From IMG/VR virus record IMGVR_UViG_3300045988_159115: 64,000 bases of DNA. One strand, 5' to 3'. Origin of the DNA: a virus. Position 1 is the first letter of the stretch; every line of letters begins with the position of its first letter. The notes beneath the pieces were generated by a model. It was not told the origin of the DNA and did not search any database. It saw only the letters and a list, made by a program, of their open reading frames with translations. Below, piece after piece: positions 63,658 to 64,000 of the stretch. The position numbers were made by a program, and so were the translations under genes.

Positions 63658-64000
63658 TCACCCCTTTACCCGAATCTTTACACGACGAATATCTGTCCGA
63701 TTGTCGTCTTCCACAACATATCCAACAACGCGCTTATGCGGAATACTCTCATCATCGGTAGCAATACCAACACCGGGAATATCAGACACAATGATGGTAT
63801 CACCACGATGCACAGGACCAGTTACTTTACACATAACACGTCCTGCAAGGGATACCGGAATGAAATTGATAAGGTTCTTTTTCACATAATCTTCCCCATC
63901 ACCTGCTTTATCACCACCGATAAGCATGGCATACTCATCGGAATGAACACCAGCAACAATTTTACTTGTTGCAGTTGCTTTGATGTAAGATTCATGATCA
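63658..64000 (-). CDS. C-terminal part of a fibre/spike-like protein (5' end outside window), possible peptidase-G2/IMC-like domain
   Basis: Frame is open to the window edge. IPVSLAGRVMCKVTGPVHRGDTIIVSDIPGVGIATDD...VGYVVED resembles the VGLLGK..VRDDGTC..G.....GIAT...GYRV pattern as I recall it. Confidence 0.35.
   Translation of the reverse strand, partial: DHESYIKATATSKIVAGVHSDEYAMLIGGDKAGDGEDYVKKNLINFIPVSLAGRVMCKVTGPVHRGDTIIVSDIPGVGIATDDESIPHKRVVGYVVEDDNRTDIRRVKIRVKG

Noticed and set aside
1-64000. Looked for CRISPR arrays, tRNA/rRNA genes, integrase or transposase genes, and homing endonucleases or inteins in the split polymerase genes.
   Set aside because: None was seen. There are no regularly spaced direct repeats, no cloverleaf-capable segments, no HNH, LAGLIDADG or GIY-YIG motifs, and no recombinase motifs in any ORF I read.

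Overview
The window reads as one contiguous stretch of a large (jumbo-type) tailed-phage genome. It is low-GC, with about 75 tightly packed genes in alternating strand blocks. Strong GGAGG-type ribosome-binding sites and many stem-loop terminators suggest a Firmicutes-like host. I saw no rRNA, tRNA, CRISPR array, integrase or transposase.

All homology calls come from motifs I recognised by eye. No searches were run, and coordinates of non-ORF features may be off by 1-2 nt.

Recognisable content:
- Fragments of a split multisubunit RNA polymerase: a beta N-part at 2-559, a beta C-terminal piece at 8074-8802 and a beta-prime middle piece at 6851-8071.
- An SbcC/Rad50-like ATPase and an SF2 DEAH helicase.
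- A family-B DNA polymerase that stops just after motif A.
- An M15 endolysin with a peptidoglycan-binding domain.
- A structural block: terminase large subunit, sheath-like and gp19-like tube genes, a major-capsid candidate, and a scaffold-like acidic repeat protein.
- Fibre-like proteins elsewhere in the window.
- A nucleotide-metabolism cluster: DHFR, a ThyA-family enzyme and a P-loop kinase.

Most interesting observations:
1. A minus-strand operon at 60.7-63.9 kb follows a fibre-like gene. It couples a radical SAM/SPASM enzyme to a 229-aa protein whose C-terminal half is a ladder of 29 cysteines, mostly spaced C-x3-C.
2. The motif TATATTAT(A) recurs at 13 intergenic sites oriented toward downstream genes. 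It looks like a phage-RNAP promoter family.
3. One of these promoters drives an ORF-less unit of about 190 nt closed by a perfect 25-bp stem. This is a candidate structured ncRNA or a MITE.
4. Two 29-nt palindromes sit in mirror orientation in front of a divergent two-gene cassette.
5. One of two tandem paralogs has an apparent -1 frameshift at an A6 run.
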